Source: Actinomycetota bacterium (GTDB taxonomy: Bacteria; Actinomycetota; UBA4738; HRBIN12). From it: a stretch of 50,439 nt of DNA. Each line of letters begins with the position of its first letter. Position 1 is the first letter of the stretch. The stretch lies in NCBI GenBank assembly GCA_046734755.1, contig JBKPRY010000145.1, forward strand, positions 1 to 50,439. The letters are read 5' to 3'. The position numbers and the translations under genes are program-made. The notes beneath the pieces were generated by a model, which saw only the letters and a list, made by a program, of their open reading frames with translations, was not told where the DNA came from and searched no databases. Shown one piece after another: positions 1 to 8,709 of this stretch.

Positions 1-426
1 GTCCCACTTGGCGCCCGGATGATCGGCCCCCCTCTCGGGGAACTCCTCGAGATCGCCATAGAGCGTGCCGCCGAACGCGACGTTCAGCACCTGACACCCG
101 CGGCAGATCGCGAGCAGCGGCAAGCCCGCCTCGACGGCCACGTGCGCGTAGTGCAGCTCGATCCCGTCGAGCAGTGGTTGGCCCGGCAGATGGTTGGGGT
201 GCGGTGCCCTACGGCCGTACCTCCACGCCTCGATATCCCGGCCGCCGGCCAGTACGAGCCCGTCAAGCCGAGTGAGGAGCTCGACGCGGTCATCGGCCCG
301 CTCGTAGTACGGCAGCAGGACCGGGAGCGCACCGGCGGCCAGCAGCGGCCGCCCGTACCCGAAGCCGTAGTAGTCGCCGTAGTCGGCGAAGCCCTCCGAG
401 ATGCCGACGATCGGTCGGTGACCCAC
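1..426 (-). CDS. Class I glutamine amidotransferase / gamma-glutamyl hydrolase (PuuD, peptidase C26-like); C-terminus cut by the window edge
   Basis: Own translation of the minus strand from GTG at 426: VGHRPIVGISEGFADYGDYYGFGYGRPLLAAGALPVLLPYYE...LDGLVLAGGRDIE...LLAICRGCQVLNVAFGGTLYGDLEE. This shows the LAGG and ICRG nucleophile-elbow motifs of PuuD-type amidotransferases. It is absent from the ORF track because there is no stop inside the window. It starts 2 nt after the stop of the upstream gene. Confidence 0.7.
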   Translation of the reverse strand, partial: MGHRPIVGISEGFADYGDYYGFGYGRPLLAAGALPVLLPYYERADDRVELLTRLDGLVLAGGRDIEAWRYGRRAPHPNHLPGQPLLDGIELHYAHVAVEAGLPLLAICRGCQVLNVAFGGTLYGDLEEFPERGADHPGAKWD

Positions 427-428
427 GC

Positions 429-863
429 TCAGTGCCCGGCGGGCTTCTCCCAGCCCTCCAGCGTCGCGGGCCGCCAGTCGGCACCGACGGTCTCGGACCC
501 CGCCACCCACGGCCCGAGCTCGGGCTGTGGGAACTTCGCGTGCTGCGCCTTCAGCTGGATACCGTAGGAGTTGCCCTCGGTGAGGTGCTTCATCAGCACC
601 TTGCGGGCCATCTCGTCCTCGCGGCCCTTCGGGATCTTGAAGTAGATCTTCAGGAACGAGTTCGAGTAGCGGTCGAAAACCGCCGGCTTGCCGTCCTCCT
701 CAAGCAGGTGGATGTCCTCGAGCCAGTTGAGGTCCTCGCCGGGCGTGAGCGCGTCCAGGTCGATGTCCTCGACCAGCGAGCGGTCCTCCTGGTAGGGGAA
801 CCGGTGGCCCGCGAGCTCCTCGGCGTCCAGCGTGCCCTTGATCGTCAGGTGCTGGTCGCTCAT
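429..863 (-). CDS. Hypothetical acidic cytosolic protein (144 aa), no family recognised
   Basis: ORF track 429..863. Amino-acid composition is natural (K, Y, F, N present) and GC3 is high. It lies 4 nt downstream of the FMN-domain gene and 2 nt upstream of the PuuD-like gene. It has no Cys and no TM segment, with a D/E-rich N-terminal half and a W-rich C-terminus. Confidence 0.65.
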   Translation of the reverse strand: MSDQHLTIKGTLDAEELAGHRFPYQEDRSLVEDIDLDALTPGEDLNWLEDIHLLEEDGKPAVFDRYSNSFLKIYFKIPKGREDEMARKVLMKHLTEGNSYGIQLKAQHAKFPQPELGPWVAGSETVGADWRPATLEGWEKPAGH

Positions 864-867
864 CCGG

Positions 868-2280
868 TCACGCCCCCGCGTACTGGCCGGTGTCCGCCAG
901 GTACTTCTGCATCATCGTCTTCAGCTCCTCGAGCGTGGCCTCCTCGGTGACGCCCGGGATGTAGTTGGTGCCGGCGAGCGGAACCTTGGCCATCGCCGCC
1001 GCCTCGACCGTGAGCGCGCACAGGTCCTCGGGCTCGAGCGAGTGCACATCGGTCTTGCCGCACGCCCGGGCGAGCATCTGCAGCTCCATCGTCATCGCGG
1101 TGAGCAGGTTGTAGACGCGCTCGGCCGCCTCGTCCACCTCGAGGCGCTTGCGAAGCTCGGGATCCTGCGTCGTGATTCCGACGGGGCATCTCCCCGTGTG
1201 ACAGTGGTAGCACTGGCCGGCCGGAACGCCGACCGTGCCCTCGTAGTCGGTGACGCCCGGGATCTCCTTGTTGCAGTTCAGCGCCATCAGCGCCGTCGTC
1301 CCGATCGCCACGGCCTTCGCGCCGAGAGCCAGGCACTTGGCCACGTCGGCGCCGTTGCGGATCCCGCCGGCGACGATCAGGTCGATGTCGTCGGCCAGGC
1401 CGACGTCCTCGAGCGCGCGCCGGGCCTCGGGGATCGCGGCCATCAGCGGGATGCCGGTCTCCTCGGTCGCGATGTGCGGTCCCGCGCCCGTGGACCCCTC
1501 GGCGCCGTCGAGGTAGATCGTGTCCGGCCCGCACTTGGCGGCCATCCGGACGTCGTCGTACACGCGCGCCGCCCCGAGCTTCAGCTGGATCGGGATCCGG
1601 TAGTCGGTGGCCTCGCGCACCTCCTGCACCTTGAGGGAGAGGTCGTCCGGACCGAGCCAGTCCGGGTGCCGGGCCGGCGAGCGCTGGTCGATGCCGGGCG
1701 GGAGCGAGCGCATCTCGGCGACCTGCTCGGTCACCTTCTGACCCATGAGGTGACCACCCAGCCCGACCTTGCAGCCCTGCCCGATGAAGAACTCGCAGGC
1801 GTCCGCGACCATGAGGTGGTGCGGGTTGAAGCCGTACCGGCTCTGGATGTTCTGGTAGTACCACTTTATCGACTCGTCGCGTTCGGGCGGGATCATGCCG
1901 CCCTCGCCCGAACAAGTGGCGGTGCCGGCCATCGAGGCACCTCTGGCGAGCGCCATCTTGGCCTCCAGCGAGAGCGCGCCGAAGCTCATGCCCGTGATGT
2001 AGATCGGGATGTCGAGCTCGATCGGATACTTCGCGAACCGCGCCCCGAGCACCGTCCTCGTCTCGCACTTCTCCCGGTACCCCTCGATCACGAACCGCGT
2101 GAGCGTCCCCGGCAGGAACATCAGTTGATCCCAGTGCGGGATCGGCTTGAACATCGAGAACCCGCGCATCCGGTAGCGGCCGAGCTCGGCTTTGACGTGG
2201 ATGTCGTTGATGACCTCGGGGGTGAAGATGCGGCTGTGGCCCAGGACGTTCTGTTTGGAGGACACGTCTTCTGCTGACAC
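868..2280 (-). CDS. Glutamate-synthase-like FMN/Fe-S domain protein (GltB domain 2; GlxD/MgsC-type)
   Basis: This is the real part of ORF 868..2847. GTG at 2280 is preceded by GGAGG. The N-terminus is VSAEDVSSKQNVLGHSRIF. Typical motifs are present: ITGMSFGALS, GEGG, KVGLGGHLMG and LDGAEGSTGAG. The upstream part of the track ORF is Arg/Gly-rich and overlaps the GXGXG gene. Confidence 0.9.
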   Translation of the reverse strand: MSAEDVSSKQNVLGHSRIFTPEVINDIHVKAELGRYRMRGFSMFKPIPHWDQLMFLPGTLTRFVIEGYREKCETRTVLGARFAKYPIELDIPIYITGMSFGALSLEAKMALARGASMAGTATCSGEGGMIPPERDESIKWYYQNIQSRYGFNPHHLMVADACEFFIGQGCKVGLGGHLMGQKVTEQVAEMRSLPPGIDQRSPARHPDWLGPDDLSLKVQEVREATDYRIPIQLKLGAARVYDDVRMAAKCGPDTIYLDGAEGSTGAGPHIATEETGIPLMAAIPEARRALEDVGLADDIDLIVAGGIRNGADVAKCLALGAKAVAIGTTALMALNCNKEIPGVTDYEGTVGVPAGQCYHCHTGRCPVGITTQDPELRKRLEVDEAAERVYNLLTAMTMELQMLARACGKTDVHSLEPEDLCALTVEAAAMAKVPLAGTNYIPGVTEEATLEELKTMMQKYLADTGQYAGA

Positions 2281-2294
2281 GGTTCGAACGCCTC

Positions 2295-3095
2295 CTAGTG
2301 GATGACGAGCTTCTTCTCCGACGGTTCGAGGTTGTCGTAGTTGTACAGGACCTTGCCGCAGACGAACTTCTGGAACTCCGGCGGCGATCCGAGCCCATAG
2401 ATCCGGAACTTCCGCTCGATCAGCTCGGTGTCGGCGTCGGTCCACTCCCCCGGCACGCAGTCGATCCCGAGCGACTTGACCGTGCCGGCCACGTAGATCT
2501 CGCCGTCGTACATCGAGTCGCCGAGGCCGGGGCCCACGTCGCCGAGGATGATCTGGCGGCCCCGCTGCATCATGAACGCGGTGCTCGAGCCGGCGTCGCC
2601 GCCGACGATGATCGTGCCGCCCTTCTGGTCGATCCCGGTCCGGGCGCCGACCGCGCCTTTCACGACGATGTCGCCGCCGCGAAGCGCCGCGCCCGTGAGC
2701 GAGCCCGCGTTCTTCTCGATCCGGACGACGCCGGACATCATGTTCTCGCAGACCGACCAGCCGACCCGGCCCGTGATGGTGACCTCCGGACCGTCGATCA
2801 GCCCGACACCGAAGTAGCCCAGCGACCCTTCGAACCTGATCCTGCATCGCTGCAGGATCCCCACGCCGATCGAGTGCTTGGCACCGGGGTTCTTGACCGT
2901 CACGTCCCTGATCCCCTGCTCGTAGATCAGGTTCCGGAGCTCGAGGTTGATCTGCCGGGTCGTGAGCTTGGCGGCGTCGAACACGGCCTTGGCCCCGTCG
3001 ATCTGGGAGACGTGGGGGACCTCGGCGACGGGTTCGGACAGGCCCCGGGCGTCGTACGTCGTCCGGCGCTCGCCGGCGCCGGTTACCTGCTCCAT
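2295..3095 (-). CDS. GXGXG-motif protein (GltB C-terminal domain-like; GlxC/MgsB-type)
   Basis: ORF track, 266 aa. Repeated beta-helix G-x-G motifs are visible (VKGAVGARTG, IIVGGDAGSSTAF, ILGDVGPGLG). The start overlaps the end of the upstream amidotransferase gene by 13 nt. Confidence 0.88.
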   Translation of the reverse strand: MEQVTGAGERRTTYDARGLSEPVAEVPHVSQIDGAKAVFDAAKLTTRQINLELRNLIYEQGIRDVTVKNPGAKHSIGVGILQRCRIRFEGSLGYFGVGLIDGPEVTITGRVGWSVCENMMSGVVRIEKNAGSLTGAALRGGDIVVKGAVGARTGIDQKGGTIIVGGDAGSSTAFMMQRGRQIILGDVGPGLGDSMYDGEIYVAGTVKSLGIDCVPGEWTDADTELIERKFRIYGLGSPPEFQKFVCGKVLYNYDNLEPSEKKLVIH

Positions 3096-4012
3096 ACGAG
3101 CACCTGCCCTTCGTACGGATCGTACGTGTCGATCTCGTGATCGATCAGCGCGCGGATCCCGATCTCCTCGGACGCCATCGCGACCAGCTCGTCCGATTCG
3201 TAGAGCACGAGCGGCTTGGCCGCCATCTCGTCCTTGGCGACACCGAGGCTGTCCTGCGTGACGGCCATGTACGTGAAGACGCCGTCCAGGTCATCGAGGC
3301 TCTGATCCATCGCGTCCTTCAGCGTGTCCCCGCCGGCCATCTTCTCGGCCAGGTACACCGCGATGATCTCGGAGTCGCACTCGGACTGGAACCGGTGCCC
3401 GCTGAACTCCAGCCGCCGTTTCCACTGGAAGTAGTTCGTGAGCTGGCCGTTGTGCACCACGGCGACGTCGGAGAACGGGTAGGCCCAGTACGGGTGTGCC
3501 CCCGAGATGTCCACGTCGGACTCTGTCGCCATCCGCACGTGGCCGATCGCGTGCGTGCCCTCGAAGCCGGCCAGTCCGTACAGGTTCGAGACCTCTTGCG
3601 CGTCGCCGAGGTCCTTCACGATCTCGAGGGAGTGGCCGAGCGAGAGCACCTCGCAGCCGGGGACGTCCTCGAGGTAGTCGGCGAGCGCCTTGACGTCACC
3701 GTCGTACCGGACGGTCGCCCGGTAGGCGTACTCGGTCTCGCTCTCGACCCGGTCGATCGAGGCGCCGATCTTCGACAGCCGCGTCTCGATCTCCATCCGA
3801 TGCCGCTCCAGACGTTCCTTGAAGTCGAAGTCGCGCGGGTCGTTGGCGTCGGCGAGCTTGAATCGGATCACGATGAGGTCGCTCTGCGGACCGAACAACG
3901 CATAACCGCTCGAGTCCGGGCCTCGGTGCTTCATGGATTGGAGCATGGACGTCATCTCGGACCCGATGTCGGCCGAGCCGTCTCGATGGATGACTCCTGC
4001 GATACCGCACAT
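3083..4012 (-). CDS. Class II (Ntn) glutamine amidotransferase (GlxB/MgsA-type)
   Basis: The start is reassigned to ATG 4012 so that the protein begins MCGIAGVIHRDGS. Cys directly after the initiator Met is the Ntn nucleophile signature. The rest is natural sequence ending QVLVWSR. Confidence 0.88.
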   Translation of the reverse strand: MCGIAGVIHRDGSADIGSEMTSMLQSMKHRGPDSSGYALFGPQSDLIVIRFKLADANDPRDFDFKERLERHRMEIETRLSKIGASIDRVESETEYAYRATVRYDGDVKALADYLEDVPGCEVLSLGHSLEIVKDLGDAQEVSNLYGLAGFEGTHAIGHVRMATESDVDISGAHPYWAYPFSDVAVVHNGQLTNYFQWKRRLEFSGHRFQSECDSEIIAVYLAEKMAGGDTLKDAMDQSLDDLDGVFTYMAVTQDSLGVAKDEMAAKPLVLYESDELVAMASEEIGIRALIDHEIDTYDPYEGQVLVWSR

Positions 4013-4029
4013 ACGGGCTGAGCTCCCTT

Positions 4030-5427
4030 CTACGGAAGTACGTCCAGATAAGTCTCGATGTCCCATTCGCTGACCGTCGCACGGAACCGGTCCCACTCGT
4101 CCTGCTTGTAGTGCATGAACACCTTGTACATCTCGTTGGGCAACGCGCTCTGGATCACCGGGTCCGCGCGGAGCGCGTCGAGCGCGGCGCCGAGGTCGTG
4201 GGGGACCTTCTTCACGTCCTTGCCGCCGGCGATCGCCTCGTAGATGTTGCGCTCCTCGGGTGGGCCGGGGTCCAGGCTCCGGTCGAGACCGTCCTTCATC
4301 GCGGCGAGCAACGCGGCGAACGAGAGGTACGGGTTCACCGACGAATCCACCGAGCGGTACTCGAACCGGCCGGGGGCTGAGATCCGAAGGGCCGCCGTGC
4401 GGTTCTGGAACCCCCAGTCCGCGAACACGGGCGCCCAGAACCCGGCGTCCCAGAAGCGACGGTACGAGTTCACGGTCGGGGCCGTAATCGCGGTCAGCGC
4501 CGAGAGGTGCTCGAGGACGCCGCCGATCGAGTGCAGGCCGATCTTACCGGGCACCTGCGGGTTGTCGCCGTCGGGCAGGAACATGTTCTCGTCGCCCTGC
4601 CACAGCGAGATGTTGTGGTGACACCCGTTGGCCGAGACCCCCATGAACGGTTTCGGCATGAAGCACGCGAACGCCCCCATCTCGCGCCCGACCTGACGGC
4701 AGATCTGCCGGTACGTCGTGAGACGGTCGGCCGTGGCCTCGGCCCGGTCGAACATGAAGTTCAGCTCGAGCTGACCCGGTGCGTCCTCGTGGTCGCCCTG
4801 GATCATGTCGAGCCCCATCTTGCGGCCGTACTCCATCACCTTGTGGATCAGCGGCTGGAGCTCGGAGAACTGATCGATGTGGTAGCAGTACGGCTTCGTC
4901 TTGCCCTCGACGGTCGGCTTGCCCTCGGCGTCGACCTTGAGCCACATCATCTCGGGCTCGCAGCCGGCGCGCAGGTGCATGCCGGTCTCGGACTCGAACT
5001 CCGCATGAAGGCGCTTCAGGTTGCCGCGGCAGTCCGATGTCAGGTACGAGCCGCCGTCGACCTCCTCCTCTCGGCCTCGGAACAGCGTGCAGAAGACGCG
5101 CGCGGTCTTGTTGTCCCAGGGGAAGACGCAGAAGGTCTCGGGCTCGGGGATGCCCACGAGCTCGCGGGCCTCGGGTCCGTAGCCGATGTAGTTGCCCTGG
5201 CGGTCGACGAACAGGTTCGCGGTGGACCCATACACGAGCTGGAAACCCTTGTTGGCGAGGTTCTCCCAGTGTGCGGCCGGGATCCCCTTGCCCATGATGC
5301 GCCCGGTCACGGAGACGAACTGGTAGTACATGTACTCGACGCCGGCGGCGTCGATCTGCTTGCGGACCTCCTGGATGGCCTTGTCCCGGCCCTCCTTGCC
5401 GACGAACGCCTCGATGTCGGTCGTCAC
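4030..5427 (-). CDS. Glutamine synthetase-like ligase, GlnT/GSIII / gamma-glutamyl-alkylamide synthetase type
   Basis: This is the C-terminal 465 codons of the 938-aa track ORF. GTG at 5427 is preceded by GGGGAGG with a 5-nt spacer. The sequence VTTDIEAFVGKEG...GCEPEMMWLK...QGDHEDAPGQLELNF...NGCHHNISLW...NRTAALR carries the GS catalytic-domain motifs. The remaining upstream ORF is shadow sequence. Confidence 0.9.
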   Translation of the reverse strand: MTTDIEAFVGKEGRDKAIQEVRKQIDAAGVEYMYYQFVSVTGRIMGKGIPAAHWENLANKGFQLVYGSTANLFVDRQGNYIGYGPEARELVGIPEPETFCVFPWDNKTARVFCTLFRGREEEVDGGSYLTSDCRGNLKRLHAEFESETGMHLRAGCEPEMMWLKVDAEGKPTVEGKTKPYCYHIDQFSELQPLIHKVMEYGRKMGLDMIQGDHEDAPGQLELNFMFDRAEATADRLTTYRQICRQVGREMGAFACFMPKPFMGVSANGCHHNISLWQGDENMFLPDGDNPQVPGKIGLHSIGGVLEHLSALTAITAPTVNSYRRFWDAGFWAPVFADWGFQNRTAALRISAPGRFEYRSVDSSVNPYLSFAALLAAMKDGLDRSLDPGPPEERNIYEAIAGGKDVKKVPHDLGAALDALRADPVIQSALPNEMYKVFMHYKQDEWDRFRATVSEWDIETYLDVLP

Positions 5428-5577
5428 CGACGCCTCCCCTCTGGTGAAGGCGGCCCGATCCCGGCCACCGGCGGACGGAATCTTAGCGTCATCGCCGAAT
5501 CGACGTGCCGGCCGGGTCCGGCCCCCCCCGCCTGACCGATTTGACTGGTCACAGAGCCGAGCGTAGCGTCCGCGAGC

Positions 5578-5601
5578 GTATGGCCTTCCGTATGGCCTTC
5601 C
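5578..5601. repeat. Perfect tandem direct repeat, 2 x 12 bp (gtatggccttcc)
   Basis: Read directly: gtatggccttcc gtatggccttcc. It sits in the 318-bp divergent intergenic region between the two GS-like genes and is flanked upstream by repeated agcgta. Confidence 0.9.
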
Positions 5602-5745
5602 CGGACATATGCGGGTCGTTCCACCACTACGACGGGGTCGACGACGACCGAACCGGAGTTCCTCTCGCAGCCCGGCCGCCGCCCTCGCCGCTCGCCTCGG
5701 TGACGGTCGAACGCAACCGCCCACAGCGATCGGAAGGGAGTCACG

Positions 5746-7113
5746 GTGAGTGATCGTCCGCGGTCCGTCGAAGAGGTCCGCAAGCTCGTGGATGAGCGCG
5801 GGATCGAGTTCATCTTCGCCCAGTTCGTGGAGATGTACGGCAAGCCCAACGCCAAACTCGTCCCCGCCACGCACCTGGAGGACGTGTTCGCCGAGGGCGC
5901 CGGGTTCGCCGGGTTCGCGACCGGGGAGCTCGGACAGGGTCCTCACGACCCGGACATCGCCGCGATGCCCGACCCTGCGAGCTTCACGCCCGTCCCGTGG
6001 CAGCCGAACCTGGCCCGGTTCGCCTGCGACGTCTTCGTGGAGGGCGAGCCCTGGCCGTACTGTCCCCGGACGATCCTCAAGAACGAGATGGCGGCCGCCA
6101 AGGAGCGTGGGTACGTCTTCAAGATCGGCATGGAGGCCGAGTTCATCCTGGGCAGACTCGACGAGGACGGGAAGTTCTCGGTGGCCGACCCGCTCGACAC
6201 GCTCGACCGCCCCTGCTACGACATGAAGGCGCTTACACGTCAGTACGACTTCATCAGCACGCTGTCCAAGTACGAGACGGAGCTCGGTTGGGATAACTAC
6301 GCCAACGACCACGAAGACGCGAACGGGCAGTTCGAGTCGAACTTCGTGTTCTCGGACGCCGTCACCACGGCGGACCGCATCATCTTCTTCCGCTACATGG
6401 TCCAGTCGCTCGCGCAGCAGCGCGGGCTGCAGGCCACGTTCATGCCCAAGCCGTTCGGGAACCTGACCGGCAACGGGTTGCATGCCCACATGAGCCTGTG
6501 GGACGCCGACACCGACACCAACCTGTTCGAGGACGAGAGCGACCCTCGCGGCCTGGGGATCTCCGAGCTCGGGTACCACTTCCTCGGCGGGCTGCTCCAT
6601 CACGCGAAGGCGTACATCGGCGTCACGGCCTCGACCGTCAACTCCTACAAGCGGCTGATGGTTGGCGCGCCGACCTCGGGCGCGACCTGGGCCCCCGCGT
6701 ACATCGCCTACGGGCGCAACAACCGGACGCAGATGATCCGGACCCCGGCGCCCGGCCGCTTCGAAGACCGTACGATCGACGGCGCCGCGAACCCGTACCT
6801 CGCGGCGTCGGTGATTCTGGCCGCGGGCCTGGACGGCATCGACCACAAGATGGACCCGGGGGAGCCCAACGAGGGCAACATGTACGAGACCTCGACCGAG
6901 GAGCGCACGAAGCGCGGCATCGAGGTGCTCCCCGGAAACCTCCTCGACGCGATCCGCAACCTGCGCGAGGACGATGCGCTGCGAGCGGGACTAGGCAAGG
7001 TTCCCGGTGGCGACTACATCGACTACTTCTGCGACGTGAAGGAGCGCGAATGGAAAGACTTCCACGAGGGGGTGTCCGACTGGGAGATCCGTAAGTACCT
7101 GTCCCTGTTCTGA
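5746..7113 (+). CDS. Glutamine synthetase family ligase (GSI-like; gamma-glutamyl-amine synthetase GlnA3/GlnA4/PuuA-like)
   Basis: ORF track, 455 aa. GTG start is preceded by GGAAGGGAG. GS motifs present: GMEAEFIL, NDHEDANGQFESNF, GNGLHAHMSLW, NRTQMIR. It is divergent from the GlnT-type gene. Confidence 0.9.
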   Translation: MSDRPRSVEEVRKLVDERGIEFIFAQFVEMYGKPNAKLVPATHLEDVFAEGAGFAGFATGELGQGPHDPDIAAMPDPASFTPVPWQPNLARFACDVFVEGEPWPYCPRTILKNEMAAAKERGYVFKIGMEAEFILGRLDEDGKFSVADPLDTLDRPCYDMKALTRQYDFISTLSKYETELGWDNYANDHEDANGQFESNFVFSDAVTTADRIIFFRYMVQSLAQQRGLQATFMPKPFGNLTGNGLHAHMSLWDADTDTNLFEDESDPRGLGISELGYHFLGGLLHHAKAYIGVTASTVNSYKRLMVGAPTSGATWAPAYIAYGRNNRTQMIRTPAPGRFEDRTIDGAANPYLAASVILAAGLDGIDHKMDPGEPNEGNMYETSTEERTKRGIEVLPGNLLDAIRNLREDDALRAGLGKVPGGDYIDYFCDVKEREWKDFHEGVSDWEIRKYLSLF

Positions 7114-7188
7114 TCCGGGGGGGACGGCGTTCGTCCACGGATCGCCCGCACGAGGGCGAGCGCCGGCCGATCGAGGAGGAGGGATGCG

Positions 7189-8709
7189 ATGGCCAAGCAA
7201 GACGAGCAACAGTTCGTGCGGGTCGAGGACTACGTCAAGGGCGAGCTCTCCAAGGAGACGAACTGGTGGGGCGCCTTCGTCGTGGGCCTGGCCGGCACGA
7301 TCCTCGTCACGGGGGTCACGCCGGCGGTCCTGGGGCCGCTGGGCGCGGCGGCGATCCCGAATTTCATCTTCTGGGCGCTGACCGGATGGGCGCTCTGCCT
7401 TTACCTGGCCGAGCTGGCGGCGATGCTCCCCGACCGGACCGGCGGCGCGCCCGCGTATGCGTACTACGCGTTCAAGGACCGGTTGCCCAGGACCTATCCC
7501 CACATCAACGGCGTGACGGTATGGATGTACTGGCTCGGGTGGATGCCGGTCATGGCGGTGAACATGATCCTGACCGGCGCCTACATCCCGGCGCTGTTCG
7601 GGTTCGTGCCGTCGGGGTGGTGGGGACAGACGCACACCTTGTTCGACGCGTCCCTGCCGGTCACGAACTTCACGATCGTGGTCGGGGCGGTCCTGTCGAT
7701 CCTGCTGTTCATCGTCGCGTACCTGGGGATCAAGTTCGGCACGGGCGCTGCAACCGTCCTCGGCCTCCTGTCGATGATCCCGCTCACGCTGATCGCGGTC
7801 GCGCCGTTCTTCACGGGCGACGTGACCGGCAGCAACATCTGGCCGCCGAACCTGCCTGACGGGACGCATTTCTTCACGACGACGGCGTTCTACCTGTTCC
7901 TGCAATTCTCGGCGCTGTACACGTGGAACGCGATCGCGATGGAGGCAGCCGCGTGCTATATCGGCGAGACGCGGAACCCGGACCGGGACGCGCCAATCGC
8001 GATGAACTTGTCCGGCGGGTACGGGACGTTCATCTACACGTTCCTGCCGATGGCGGTCCTGGGCGTCCTCGGCGTGAAGTTCATCCAGGAGAGCCTGGAC
8101 CCGAACGCGATCCTGGTCGAGACGGCCGTTCGGACATTCGGCTCGGGCGTGAGCAAGATCGTCACGTCCGCCCTCATCATCGCGCTCCTGCTCTCCAGCC
8201 TGAACGCGATCATGGGGTGCGCGCGGTCGCTGTACATGATGGCGCTCGACGGCCAGGCACCGCGGATATTCGGGAAGGTCAATAGGCACAACGTGCCCGA
8301 CTTCTCGATGGGCCTGAACACGGTGCTGAACATCCTGCTGATCTTCGTGGGCGCGCCGGGCTCGATCTACGTGCTGTCGAACGTCGGCTACGTGGGCTCG
8401 TTCGTCCCGGTGCTGCTCGGTTACTACTTCCTACGCAGGTGGCGTCCGGAGATCTTCCGACCCTTCAAGCTGCCGGAGTGGGCCAAGTACGGCGCGCTCG
8501 CGCTTGCGGCCTTGTATTTCTTGGTGTGGGCGGTCGGCATCCCGGCCTGCGCGATCGAGGGCTGCCAGCTCGGCGGTGGCAAGATGTTCATCATCGGGGT
8601 GATCATCGTGCTCTTGTACTTCCCGCTGTACTGGTGGCGGAAGGCGGAGGACCGCAAGCTGGGCACCACCGAGTTCAAGCATGTGCCGCCGCAGATGGAC
8701 CGCGTCTAG
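7189..8709 (+). CDS. APC-superfamily amino acid / amine permease
   Basis: ORF track, 506 aa. ATG is preceded by GAGGAGGAGGG. About 12 hydrophobic segments are visible. It lies 75 bp downstream of the GS-like gene on the same strand. Confidence 0.88.
   Translation: MAKQDEQQFVRVEDYVKGELSKETNWWGAFVVGLAGTILVTGVTPAVLGPLGAAAIPNFIFWALTGWALCLYLAELAAMLPDRTGGAPAYAYYAFKDRLPRTYPHINGVTVWMYWLGWMPVMAVNMILTGAYIPALFGFVPSGWWGQTHTLFDASLPVTNFTIVVGAVLSILLFIVAYLGIKFGTGAATVLGLLSMIPLTLIAVAPFFTGDVTGSNIWPPNLPDGTHFFTTTAFYLFLQFSALYTWNAIAMEAAACYIGETRNPDRDAPIAMNLSGGYGTFIYTFLPMAVLGVLGVKFIQESLDPNAILVETAVRTFGSGVSKIVTSALIIALLLSSLNAIMGCARSLYMMALDGQAPRIFGKVNRHNVPDFSMGLNTVLNILLIFVGAPGSIYVLSNVGYVGSFVPVLLGYYFLRRWRPEIFRPFKLPEWAKYGALALAALYFLVWAVGIPACAIEGCQLGGGKMFIIGVIIVLLYFPLYWWRKAEDRKLGTTEFKHVPPQMDRV

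Noticed and set aside
19-567. 182-aa plus-strand ORF at the left edge
   Set aside because: It is antisense to the PuuD-like gene and the 144-aa ORF. It has no motifs and shadow-frame composition.
5428-6846. N-terminal 473-codon extension of the 938-aa ORF 4030..6846
   Set aside because: The extension is antisense to the well-supported GS-like gene at 5746..7113 and is Arg/Gly/Pro-rich. The GS homology starts at the GTG at 5427, which has a GGGGAGG ribosome-binding site.
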